Of a stretch of 64,000 nucleotides of DNA, positions 49,384 to 58,734 are shown one piece after another. The translations under genes and the position numbers were made by a program. The stretch spans positions 1,056,001 through 1,120,000 of the forward strand of contig CBDCSU010000006.1 of the NCBI GenBank assembly GCA_965221775.1, written 5' to 3'. Under the pieces are notes generated by a model. That model did no database searches. It had not been told where the DNA came from and was given only the letters and a program-made list of their open reading frames with translations. Origin of the DNA: Candidatus Latescibacterota bacterium. GTDB lineage: Bacteria; Latescibacterota; UBA2968; UBA8231. The first letter of the stretch is position 1. Every line of letters starts with the position of its first letter.

Positions 49384-49391
49384 GGACCCAA

Positions 49392-50624
49392 ATGGCAAGG
49401 AGGGCGATGCTTGTGGCTCGTTCAATTGGTGATCCAGATCTGGAGCAAATCCGGAGCGAGTTCAGTCAGGAGGTTCCTCGTAATCCGTACGAGGACTTCT
49501 TTCTGCTGGCGAATCCGTTTCCAGACCTTGGACAGTTCTGCGGGCTCTGCGTGAACCAAGAGTCGGTAAAGGCAGAATTCACCCGTGTACTTAGGGAACT
49601 GTACGGGGGATCGCAGTCCCGAGTGATGACCATACTGGGTAGCACAGGAGCGGGGAAGACGAATCTTCTACGGTTTCTCGAAGGGACACTGAAAGGCTGG
49701 AGAGAACCCGGTCCGGAGAGAAGAGCCATTACCGATCTGTTTACCGTGTTTGTTGAGCAGCCGCAGGGGAGCTACTTAGAAATGCACCGGCAGATCGTTG
49801 GTCAGTTGGGAGAGGTTTTCTTTAGCGAGTTCTTCACCAGAGTGCGTCGGGGCGAAGTTGACTTGGGGGAGCTATCTGAGGCATTGGGTGATGTGAACCC
49901 AGAATTGCTGCAAGCACTTCGGTACATTGCGGGGGCGGAGTCGGGACAACTGCCCTTGGGCGAACCGCGTTCGTACCGGCTGTTGGGCGACTGGTTGCAG
50001 GGCGGAAGGGTGGGGGTTGCGGAGAGGAGGAGACTGGGAAGCGTCTCCGCAGAGGTCGGAAGATCGGGTACCGTCGCCATTAGGTTTCTGTCAGACTTTG
50101 TTCGGGTCCTGTTGGAGGCGAAGCTTCTTAGGGGGTTAGTGATATTCGTCGATGAATTTGAGGAAGTGTTTTCCGGAGTGTCAGCGGCAAAGCAGGCGCA
50201 GTATGCTCAAGACTTGAGGAATTTGATCGATAGCCACCCGAAGGGAGTGGTCTTTGTCATCGGTACGGCACCGCTTGGTGAGCAACTGCAGAGTGTCTCG
50301 CCTCCCCTGCAGCGGCGTCTAGGAAGAGGGGTGGAGGTGGAGCCGATCGCGGATGAGAAGACTGCTCTGGAATACGCACAGGCGTACGTTGGGTGGGGTA
50401 GGGAGAGATTTGTGGAGGAGAGGCAAGTCCCGGTGTGTGTGCCAGAAGAGTGTGAGGAGAGAGACCAACCGTACTACCCGTTGTGTGAGGAGAGCGTGAA
50501 GGGAGTGTTCAGAGACCTGCAGGGGGAATTGGGATCCCAGGAGGTTGTGCCTGGTGACTTTCTTCCGGGGCTGAATTTTCTACTCTACAAGCGGGTCTAT
50601 GGAGAGGGGCGATGCGAGAGGTGA
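49392..50624 (+). CDS. P-loop ATPase (AAA+/BrxD-DpdH-like)
   Basis: NPF, Walker A GSTGAGKT, DWLQG, Walker B IFVDEFE, QDLRNLID, PLQRRL arginine finger. Confidence 0.85.
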   Translation: MARRAMLVARSIGDPDLEQIRSEFSQEVPRNPYEDFFLLANPFPDLGQFCGLCVNQESVKAEFTRVLRELYGGSQSRVMTILGSTGAGKTNLLRFLEGTLKGWREPGPERRAITDLFTVFVEQPQGSYLEMHRQIVGQLGEVFFSEFFTRVRRGEVDLGELSEALGDVNPELLQALRYIAGAESGQLPLGEPRSYRLLGDWLQGGRVGVAERRRLGSVSAEVGRSGTVAIRFLSDFVRVLLEAKLLRGLVIFVDEFEEVFSGVSAAKQAQYAQDLRNLIDSHPKGVVFVIGTAPLGEQLQSVSPPLQRRLGRGVEVEPIADEKTALEYAQAYVGWGRERFVEERQVPVCVPEECEERDQPYYPLCEESVKGVFRDLQGELGSQEVVPGDFLPGLNFLLYKRVYGEGRCER

Positions 50625-50645
50625 GGGGGGAGGGGGGAGGGGGGG
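50625..50645 (+). repeat. G-tract G6-A-G6-A-G7
   Basis: Read directly, starting right after the ATPase stop codon. Confidence 0.9.
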
Positions 50646-50762
50646 AGAGTTCGCCCAAGGATGGAGAGTTGAGTTGGTGGAATCGTGGCTTCATGTGTTC
50701 CGGCCCCGGCGGCTGGGAAGGAACGAGAAGTTGGCGTGGCTAGATTCTAGTGGCGATAGGGG

Positions 50763-51968
50763 ATGACCAAGGCTCTTCTATCGACCTTCGACGTGCCTGG
50801 GCTATTTGCTAGCTATCGGATCGGGGACTATCCGAGTGCTGGGCTACGTTGCCACCCGTGGAGGTTGACCCAGACGAAAGGGATATTGCTCAATGCGTTT
50901 GACCTACTGGCGAATAGGCGAACCCGGAAGTCTGTAGCCGAGATGCGAAGTGGCGGGGGGCACTTGCACGAGTACGTTGAATTTGATGGTCCCCTGATCC
51001 TTGACTCAGGAGCGTTTAATTTCCTGCGGCGGGAGGAACTGACCATATCGGCTAGTGAGGTCCTATCGATTGGGATTGAACTGGGTGCGGATGTGTCGGT
51101 TGTACTGGACCACCCATTCACGCCCACGACAGATAGTGATGAAGTTGAGAGGCGCTGGGCGAACACTGTGAGGAACACCCGGGAGATGTTTCGTGCGCTG
51201 GAGGGGGTCAACCCTTCTCTTCTTTCGGAGGGCTTTAGGCTGATACCAGTTGTCCACGGCCATAATGAAGAGAGTCTTTCGAAGGGCATAGAGGACATTA
51301 GGGAGATTCTGGGACGGGAGCCGGAGATCCTTGGAATCGGGAGCCTAGCACCGCTTGCGCTGAATGGCAGCAAACGTACGGTTGTAGAGGTCATTACGGA
51401 GACGAGGAGGCTATTGCCGAGTACGCACCTGCATTGTTTCTCGCTTGGTTCCGCGCTACTGATGCTCCTGGCCTTTTACTGCGGGGCAGACAGCGTTGAT
51501 TCGCAAACCTGGATGATGAGTGCTGCGTTCAAGCAAGTGCAATTGCCGGGCTTGCACCTGACCCGTTTCTCACGCCGTGAGGCTGAGAGGAATCCTGAAA
51601 GGTATGGACGGGATCGTGGGGTATTCGCCGACCACCTTGTCCGGCTTATTGGAGAGGAGAGTTTCTGCCCGAAGGATTGGGACACGGGAGAGGCTTGGCC
51701 AATCAGGGATGAGCGAGATGCGTTGGCATACATTGAGTATCTGGAAGATGGTCCGGGAGAGAACCATGTTCATCGACGCGCATGTCACAATTTGCATGTG
51801 TTCAACTTTGAGGCTGGCCGCGTTCGAAGGGAGATGAGTGTAGGCTCCCTCGATAGCTTCGTGGAAAGGCGTATCGAGGGAACGGTGTATCGAAGAGTGT
51901 GGGAATATGCACGTGAGAGGAAGGTGAGGAAGGGCACCCTAGGCGATTGCTATAGCGGGATTTCCTGA
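50763..51968 (+). CDS. tRNA-guanine transglycosylase (TGT)/DpdA-like protein
   Basis: LILDSGAF, VLDHP, IPVVHG, LGIGS, HLHCFSLG, GADSVDS and HNL in TGT order; no CxCxxC motif. Confidence 0.85.
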   Translation: MTKALLSTFDVPGLFASYRIGDYPSAGLRCHPWRLTQTKGILLNAFDLLANRRTRKSVAEMRSGGGHLHEYVEFDGPLILDSGAFNFLRREELTISASEVLSIGIELGADVSVVLDHPFTPTTDSDEVERRWANTVRNTREMFRALEGVNPSLLSEGFRLIPVVHGHNEESLSKGIEDIREILGREPEILGIGSLAPLALNGSKRTVVEVITETRRLLPSTHLHCFSLGSALLMLLAFYCGADSVDSQTWMMSAAFKQVQLPGLHLTRFSRREAERNPERYGRDRGVFADHLVRLIGEESFCPKDWDTGEAWPIRDERDALAYIEYLEDGPGENHVHRRACHNLHVFNFEAGRVRREMSVGSLDSFVERRIEGTVYRRVWEYARERKVRKGTLGDCYSGIS

Positions 51969-51983
51969 CGTGTATGTGTATTT

Positions 51984-52355
51984 TGTACAGTGACGGTAAT
52001 GACCTGACACTGCCCCTGCTCGGGGATGAGGGTAGCGGCGATTTTCTGCATGGCAGCCTCCTTGGCTCGGGGCTTGGTTGGGACCCCCTTCTTGAAAGCC
52101 TGCAGCGGCGTCAGGCCGTTCATGTTGCGGCCCTGGTGGGGGCGCTTCTCGTTGTACTGGACCAGGTAAGCATCCAGATCCTTCTGCATCGGGTCAATCG
52201 ACTCATACCAGGTCTTGCGGGCCCACGACGCGGAAGTGCCCGTCGAGAATGGTCCGGTGCAGTCGCTCCAAGAAGCCGTTGGTCTGGGGACTCTTCATCT
52301 TGGTGGTGCGGTGCTCGATCCCTTCCAGCTGCAGGAAGAACTCATAGGGATGCCG
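51984..52355 (-). mobile_element. IS481-family 3' fragment with frameshifted transposase
   Basis: HPYE, SPQTNGFLERLHRT, YNEKRPHQG; frameshift near 52220; end begins TGTACAGTGACGGTAATGACCTGACA at 51984. Confidence 0.82.
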
Positions 52356-52376
52356 AATTCGCGCAGTTAGGGAACA

Positions 52377-52815
52377 CGTAGGTACAAACCGGGTTGATGG
52401 TAACACTTCTGACCGGTTTGATGCGTGACACTCCCCGGTATCTTGGACCGACCCCCAAGCAGGAGGTTGGTCGATGCCGTGGATGGAGACCGCACCCGTG
52501 GAGCAGAGAGAGCGATTCATCGCTGATCATCGACCCGGTCACTTGACGATGACGGAGCTGTGCCGACGATACGGCATCAACCGCAGACGGGCTACAAGTG
52601 GCTTCGACGACACGCCGACGAGGGGCGGCCGGGCCTGCAGGACCGCAGCCATGCGCCGCACCACTGCCCCCACCGCCTGGAGCCGGAGATCGCCGGGCTG
52701 ATCCTCCGGGCGCGGCGACGGCATCCCGACTGGGGGCCTCGGAAACTGCTGACCTGGCTGACGTCCCGTCACCCGAGGATCTCGTCGTGGCCAGCGGTCA
52801 GCACGGCGGGCGATC
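52377..52815 (+). mobile_element. Second IS481-family element, 5' fragment with frameshift
   Basis: AGGAGG then MPWMET..EQRERF...TELCRRYGI, shift, TGYKWLRR..EG..GLQDRSHAPH...WGPRKL...PAVST. Repeated GTAACACT/GTGACACT motifs near the end. Confidence 0.82.
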
Positions 52816-52839
52816 CGAGACCGGCACAGGACCCTGAAT

Positions 52840-53094
52840 GACCGTATCGAGACGACATTCTTCGGCCAATCTCTGGACTTGGGAGCGTCTGGTATGGGCT
52901 ACACGCTCAACAATGACGGCGGGGGGCTGGGCAAGTTCAACGTCGGTGGATCGTTCGTGAATGGCGAGCCAGTGCTCGACGGGGAGTTTGAGTTGGCCCG
53001 CCGGCAGAAGATTGATGTCAGGCTCTCCAACCTCCAAGTGGCCTACTTGGTGAAGTATGGAGCGATCGCGGTCGGGTACATCCCCAAGCAGTGA
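52840..53094 (+). pseudogene. 3' remnant of an unknown gene truncated next to the IS fragment
   Basis: Protein-like frame DRIETTFFG...GYIPKQ* with no convincing start. Confidence 0.35.
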
Positions 53095-53760
53095 GCACGT
53101 TAGGAGGAAGCAGTGGCCTGCGGCATTTCGGCGCCAGAACAGTAATCATGCGGCGGCTAGCGGAGTTGCCTGGAACCTGATGAACTCTCCATCCAAGACG
53201 AGTACGCAGAGCGTCGCGGAACGGCAAGCGAAGTACAATCGCAAGGACGACCAGGAGTAGATCGGCCTTTGGACAAGAAAACTCTTTGAGAAAGGAAGTG
53301 CCTGATCGCAGAGCCTGTTGTCATGAACGAGCAGCCCGTCCTCTCCATAGGAGACGCAGAACGTATCGTCTACATGGACAAAGAGGAAGGGTGGGCGGTT
53401 GTGGCTTTAGGCAAAGAGACCCGTAACCGTCTTGGGATTCGATGGTTCAAGTCACGAAGTGGATGCCGGGGACTTTCCAAGCCATTCTTTCAGGCGTCAC
53501 GGAGCATTTAGCCACATCCACTCAAGGGTTCCTTGAAGCGGAGTAAAGTGTTTCTGAGCAGTATCCTTCGTAGGAAGGTGTTGTCACGGTAGAGCCGGTA
53601 GATTGGCCGGAGGCATGGGAAGCTCTCGACGAGCTTCCCGCACAAGCCAGGGCGCATCTTGTTTGGTATCCCGGCGTGTCCTGGATGGATTGATGGGGAG
53701 TAGGGTGGCGGCACCATTTACGCCCCGGCGTCATCCACAACACCGACGGGACAGTCCGGT

Positions 53761-54598
53761 TGTGAGAAGTGAGCCAGCTGCGCCCATTCTGGACTACGGC
53801 ACATACCGCGGATACCGCGTGCCGGTCGCTGCCGCCCGGGACCTGTGTGAACGTGAAGGTCTGCCTCGACCACGCCGCCTGAAGCGGATCATGCGCGGCG
53901 AGGTGAATGCGTCGTCCCGTCTCGACTTTGACGATGCAGCTCCGCTGATACTCAAGGTCTGGGTCCGAACGTCGGACCCGGAGCGAATGCGGCATGCAGA
54001 GTCTGTCGCTCGCCAACTCCGGCAACTGACTGGTGTACCGACGCCTTCATGGAAGACTGCGGGCTCGTCTTGAGAGAGATGCACGAGTCCGGCATCGATG
54101 TCCCAGGTCCCGCGGACGCGCAGGCATGGGCCGATGAAGACCTCACCCGATTCGCCCACTCCGTTGAGCAGCTCAATGACCAGGCCTGGATCCAGAGCCA
54201 TGCTCGATCGAGCTGTGCGCTTGTGGAAGGGAAACTCGAGTCTGCTTCAGGAGGCAGGGGGACTGTCTTTCGTCCACTATGACTTCCAGCCACACAACCT
54301 CCGAGTCGAGCCTGTCTCCGGTCGAATCGTCTCGGTCCTCGATCTGGATAACAGTACGCGCGGCCCGGCGTTCTCGGATATCAGAGATCTCCTGCTGACG
54401 GTCTTCGTCCCGGATCCCGGTTCGGCAGAACCGTTCTGGCGGGCGTATGGCCCTGTGGATGAGCAGAGGAGACTGGTCTTGCGCCTGCACTCACTCGCTC
54501 GAGTGCTCGATGTCCTCCGGGCCTACGCAGGCCCCGCTCCAGGAGGATGGAACCACACCACAGTGGCGACCTTGCTTGAGGACATAGAGACGGCCTAG
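53761..54598 (+). pseudogene. Aminoglycoside-phosphotransferase/kinase-like pseudogene
   Basis: Three frames: GEVNA...LILKV; CGLVLREMH; FVHYDFQPHN...VLDLDN (Brenner-type motif). Confidence 0.75.
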
Positions 54599-54602
54599 TT
54601 CC

Positions 54603-56135
54603 TCAGAACGGCGTCCAGTTCGGATGCATGTCGTCGTGCGGATCCTCGGTCACCCGCACCTCCTCCCCGCCCTCGACGGGGATGATCCAGATGTCGTAGC
54701 GGATGTCCTGCTCCGACTGCCGCGCGAAGGCGATGCGGGTGCCGTCGGGGGACCAGGTGGGGTTGCTGTCCCAGGTCTCGGCGAAGGTCAGCTGCCGGGC
54801 GTTGGTGCCGTCGGCGGTCATGACATAGACGTGGCTGAACTCGTTGGCGGTGTCCGACAAGGTGTAGGCGATCCAGGCTCCGTCGGGCGACCACGAAGGA
54901 TGCCTCCCGCGCTGGCCTTCCGGCAGCGGCGAGAGGATTCCGCTGTCCGGGTCCAGGAGATGGATCCCCCAGGCCTCCTCCGGACCGGAGACACAGGCGA
55001 TGGACGAGCCGTCGGGGGACCACGCCGGCGAGTAGGCCCAAGGGGCGGCGGGCTCGGAGGTGAGCTGCTCCACGCCGCTGCCGTCGGCGTTCATGACGAA
55101 GATGTGGTCCGTCCCGGCCCGTTTCGACTCGAAGGCGATGCGCCGGCCGTCGGGGGACCAGGCGGGACTTGAGTCCCAGGCCTCGTGGCGGGTGAGGTTC
55201 ACCGGATCTCCGCCGTCGGCGTCCATGACGTAGATCTCCATGTTGCCGTCCCGGCGCGAGGTCAGGGCCACTCTCGTCCCGTCCGGCGACCGCGCCGGCT
55301 CCTCGCCGTTGCGCGTCTGGTAGTGTTGCTCCAGGGAGTCGGGCTCGGAGCCGTCGGAACGGGGGACGGCGGCCAGGACCGAACACAGGTTCACGACCTC
55401 GCCCGTCTCCAGGTCCAGAGAGTGCACCTCGAGACCGGACAGGTATCCACTCATCAGGCGGCGGTTCGAGGAGAACAGGAGCAGCGAGCTTCCCAGGGGA
55501 GGGCCGGGCCCCTCGGGCGGGACCACCTCCACGCTGTCCTCCGGCTCGGGCGCGGTGAACTCCACGGTCACGCCGCGCTCCCCCAGGGCCGCGAGCTGGG
55601 CCCGAGCCGCCTCGCTCAGCGGGTTGCCGGTGAGATCCACGCTCTGCAGGCTGTCGAGACCCGCGAGGTCCGACACCTCCGTCACCCCGTTGTCGGCCAG
55701 CAGCAGCACCCGCAGGCCCTTCAGCGACGCCAGGGCCGACACCTCCTCGACCCGGTTGGCCCCCAGGTCGAGGTAGCGCAACCGCCTCAGCCCGGCCAGC
55801 GGCGACAGATCCCGGATCTCGTTGCCGTACAGGTCCAGGACCTCCAGTCGCGTCAGCTGCTCGATGCCGCCCAGGTCGGCGATCCCCCGGTCCTTGGCCG
55901 TCAGCGAGACCAGTCCCGCCGCGTCGCCGGTCCCGCCCGCGGCCTGCTCCACCGCCGCCTGCAGGGCCGAGTCCGCGAAGGCCGGGGACGTGCCGACGCC
56001 GCCGGTGCCCCCGGGGTCGGGGTCCGGTCCGCTGGGGCCCTCCGGACCCGACCCGCAGGCGGCCAGGGCCAACACCGCCAGCATCGTGCCGCCGAGGATC
56101 TCCGCCGCCGTCCTGCCTGCCTTCGAAGGGTCCAT
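54603..56135 (-). CDS. Lipoprotein with internalin-like LRRs and TolB-like PD40 repeats
   Basis: Lipobox LAAC; LxxLdLxxNxI repeats; about five WSPDG-type repeats. Confidence 0.88.
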   Translation of the reverse strand: MDPSKAGRTAAEILGGTMLAVLALAACGSGPEGPSGPDPDPGGTGGVGTSPAFADSALQAAVEQAAGGTGDAAGLVSLTAKDRGIADLGGIEQLTRLEVLDLYGNEIRDLSPLAGLRRLRYLDLGANRVEEVSALASLKGLRVLLLADNGVTEVSDLAGLDSLQSVDLTGNPLSEAARAQLAALGERGVTVEFTAPEPEDSVEVVPPEGPGPPLGSSLLLFSSNRRLMSGYLSGLEVHSLDLETGEVVNLCSVLAAVPRSDGSEPDSLEQHYQTRNGEEPARSPDGTRVALTSRRDGNMEIYVMDADGGDPVNLTRHEAWDSSPAWSPDGRRIAFESKRAGTDHIFVMNADGSGVEQLTSEPAAPWAYSPAWSPDGSSIACVSGPEEAWGIHLLDPDSGILSPLPEGQRGRHPSWSPDGAWIAYTLSDTANEFSHVYVMTADGTNARQLTFAETWDSNPTWSPDGTRIAFARQSEQDIRYDIWIIPVEGGEEVRVTEDPHDDMHPNWTPF

Positions 56136-56241
56136 GAATCACCGTCCTTTGAGGAGTCCTCGTGAGCTATTGGCAAACGTGGACCTGGTCAAGCTCGGCG
56201 CTCCTTGACCCCGCCCCACGGCCGCGCCTGCTTGTGCCGCC

Positions 56242-57888
56242 ATGAGCTGGCCTCCGCGCATCATCCACAACACCGACGGGCACTGGATCATCAACTACCA
56301 GGACCGCCGCGAGCCCGGGGACATCGTCCGGCTGATACCCGTCCTCGCCGAGGCCGGGGTGGACGCCCTCTCGGTGCTGGCCGGCATCGACGACGACATC
56401 TCCTGGCGGGGCAGCCCGCACGCCCAGCTCTACGGCGACCACATCACCGAGTGGCAGCCGGACCCGGTTCCCCGGGACATCCACGGTCACCCGCTCAAAG
56501 CAGAGCAGGCGCCCCACATCCACGGGCGGCCGATCAAGGAGGTCGGGGGCCGCCGGCCGGCCGACGCCCACGAGTTCCTGCACCTGCTCCTCGACCAGGT
56601 GATCGCCGACGGCCACGAGCTGATGCAGATCTACATCGACGGCGCCCGCCGCAGCGGCCTGCCGATCTACGCCGGCTTCCGCATGAACGACGCCCACGCC
56701 TGCGACGAGGCCAGGGGCTGGTACGGGCGCTCGCGGCAGAAACAGGAGCGCCGCCACCTCCTCATCGGCTCGCCGGTGCCCTTCGGCTGCCGCCACGGCG
56801 CCGACTGGTCGTTCTCGTGGGTGTGGAACTACGCCGAGGAGGAGGTGAGGGAGCGCTTTCTCGGGCTCTTCGACGAGACCCTGGAGCGCTACGACTTCGA
56901 CGGACTGGAGCTGGACTTCAGCCGGGCGCCGCCGTTCTTCCGGACCGGCGAGAAGTTCGCCAACATCCCGGTCATGACCCGCTTCATGGGGCAGGCCCGG
57001 CAGCTGGTGGACCGCCGCGGCGCGGAGGCGGGGCGGGAACTCCGCCTGATCGCGCGGGTGCCCGCCGGCCTCGGTGAGTCGCTGGAAGAGGGGCTGGACG
57101 TGGAGACCTGGATCCGCGAAGGGCTGGCCGACGCGGTGGTGCTCGGCTCGCCGGGCTACTGCGTGCACGAGATCGACGTCGGCCCGGCGGCGGCCCTGGC
57201 CCGGGAGAGCGGCGTGGCGGTCTACACCGGGTTCGACACCAAGACCTACACGGCCTCACCCCAGGAGGGCTACGAGGAGAGCCCCGCCAGCGTGCTGCGG
57301 GCGGCGGCCCTCAACGGCTACCGGGACGGCGCCGCAGGCGTCCACCTCTTCAACTTCGGCTACCCCTCCCACCGCGCCGCGCCGGCCGCCAGCGGCGACT
57401 TCAACGACTTCGACGACTACCACCTGCGCATGGTGGCCGAGCTGCGCGACCCGGCGGTCCTGGAGCGGCGCAACCGCTGCTACTACCTGCCCGCGGCGGC
57501 CGGCCCCGACCACCGGCCGCAACTGCCGCGCAAGCTGGCCCTCGCCGGCCGCGGCGCCGGGCCGGAGCACGCCCTGCGGATCCGCGTCGACGACGACATC
57601 GAGGCGGGACTCGCCGAGGGGCGGATCGCCCGGTGCGAGCTGCGCCTGTGCCTGGAGGACTGCGAGGGGGCGGAGGGCCGCCTTCACCTAACCGTCAACG
57701 GCACGCGGCTGGACCCGTCTGCCGATCGAATCGTGGAGAGCAGCCGCGGCCGGCGCTGGAGGGTCTTCGACGGACCGCCCCTGCGCCGGGGGATCAACAC
57801 CGTGCTCGTCATCCTCGACGGCAGCCGTACGCCCTCGCCGTGGCCGCGCCTGGAGAGCTGCGAGATCCTGCTGCTGGCCCCCGACTGA
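56242..57888 (+). CDS. GHL10/DUF187-like TIM-barrel protein (paralog of 29081-30670)
   Basis: IIHNTDG, FRMNDAH, WNYAEEEVR, DGLELDF, GVHLFN. Confidence 0.72.
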   Translation: MSWPPRIIHNTDGHWIINYQDRREPGDIVRLIPVLAEAGVDALSVLAGIDDDISWRGSPHAQLYGDHITEWQPDPVPRDIHGHPLKAEQAPHIHGRPIKEVGGRRPADAHEFLHLLLDQVIADGHELMQIYIDGARRSGLPIYAGFRMNDAHACDEARGWYGRSRQKQERRHLLIGSPVPFGCRHGADWSFSWVWNYAEEEVRERFLGLFDETLERYDFDGLELDFSRAPPFFRTGEKFANIPVMTRFMGQARQLVDRRGAEAGRELRLIARVPAGLGESLEEGLDVETWIREGLADAVVLGSPGYCVHEIDVGPAAALARESGVAVYTGFDTKTYTASPQEGYEESPASVLRAAALNGYRDGAAGVHLFNFGYPSHRAAPAASGDFNDFDDYHLRMVAELRDPAVLERRNRCYYLPAAAGPDHRPQLPRKLALAGRGAGPEHALRIRVDDDIEAGLAEGRIARCELRLCLEDCEGAEGRLHLTVNGTRLDPSADRIVESSRGRRWRVFDGPPLRRGINTVLVILDGSRTPSPWPRLESCEILLLAPD

Positions 57889-57891
57889 GCA

Positions 57892-58335
57892 ATGCACGAG
57901 CTGAGTTGGGAGTTCTGCTGCGTCATCGACGCGCCGGTGGACGAGGTCTTCACGGCGATCACGGACAAGGACGCCATCAGCACCTTCTTCACCGACGCCT
58001 CGAGCGCTTCCCTCGAAGCCGGGCGCACCGTCCTGTGGCGGTTCGGCGATCTCGAGATCGACGTCCACGTCGAGGAGGTCGTCCCCGGCGAGCGGATCGT
58101 CTGCAACTGGCCCGCCTGCAACGACGTGGGCTATCGGACGCGCTTCACATTCGCCTTCGAGGCGCTGGGTGAGGGCACGAAGGTCGTCGTGAGCGAGTCC
58201 GGCTGGCGCGCCGATGGCGAGGGGACCGCCAGCGCCTTCGAGCAGTGTTCGGGTTGGACCCACTTCTTCGCCAGCCTCAAGGCCCGTCTCGAGCACGGCG
58301 TCGACCTGAAGCGCTTCTACTGCGACGGCGGCTGA
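57892..58335 (+). CDS. SRPBCC/AHSA1-like protein
   Basis: IDAPVDEVF, GTKVVVSESGW, GWTHFFASLKARLE. Confidence 0.85.
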   Translation: MHELSWEFCCVIDAPVDEVFTAITDKDAISTFFTDASSASLEAGRTVLWRFGDLEIDVHVEEVVPGERIVCNWPACNDVGYRTRFTFAFEALGEGTKVVVSESGWRADGEGTASAFEQCSGWTHFFASLKARLEHGVDLKRFYCDGG

Positions 58336-58341
58336 GGCGGG

Positions 58342-58722
58342 TCAGCCCTCCGTCAGGATGGCGTACGCCTCGATCTCGACCCGCAGTTGGGGCCTCCCCA
58401 GGGCCGCCACCTGCACCAGCGTCGACGCCGGCTTGACGTCGGCGAAGCGCTCGTGGTGGGCCCGGGCGACCTCCTTCATGTCCGAGATGTCGGTCACGTA
58501 GACCACCGTCCTCACCACGTCCTCGATGCGCGCCCCCGCCTCGGCCAGGGCCGCGGCGATGATGTCGAGTGCGGCAACCGACTGCTCGTAGGTGCCTCCC
58601 TCGTCGTGGGGCGGGCGGGCGCAGGTGCCGGCCACGTGGACGTGGTCGCCGACGCGCACCGCCCGCGAGTAGCCGTACTCCTCCTCGAAGGGGTTGTTGC
58701 TCGATATGTTCCGCCGTTCCAT
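58342..58722 (-). CDS. RidA/YjgF family protein
   Basis: GYSRAVRVG, VAGT, DVVRT, PAST, VEIEA. Confidence 0.9.
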   Translation of the reverse strand: MERRNISSNNPFEEEYGYSRAVRVGDHVHVAGTCARPPHDEGGTYEQSVAALDIIAAALAEAGARIEDVVRTVVYVTDISDMKEVARAHHERFADVKPASTLVQVAALGRPQLRVEIEAYAILTEG

Positions 58723-58734
58723 GGATCTCCTCTT

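Larger units (their letters stand above)
42978..54600. mobile_element. tRNA-Glu-anchored genomic island (decaying; right boundary approximate)
   Basis: Integrase remnant abuts the tRNA. GC and codon usage drop visibly; IS481 fragments are present; host-like GC resumes near 54600. No attR copy was found by eye. Confidence 0.75.

Noticed and set aside
50763-51968. Housekeeping tgt or a standard Dpd cluster
   Set aside because: Lacks the zinc motif and the queA/yajC context, sits in an island, and has no dpdB or dpdE-K equivalents nearby apart from an ATPase.
54500-54620. attR copy of the tRNA-Glu 3' end at the right island boundary
   Set aside because: No match to GGTTCGACTCCCCGTGGGAGCACCA found by eye.
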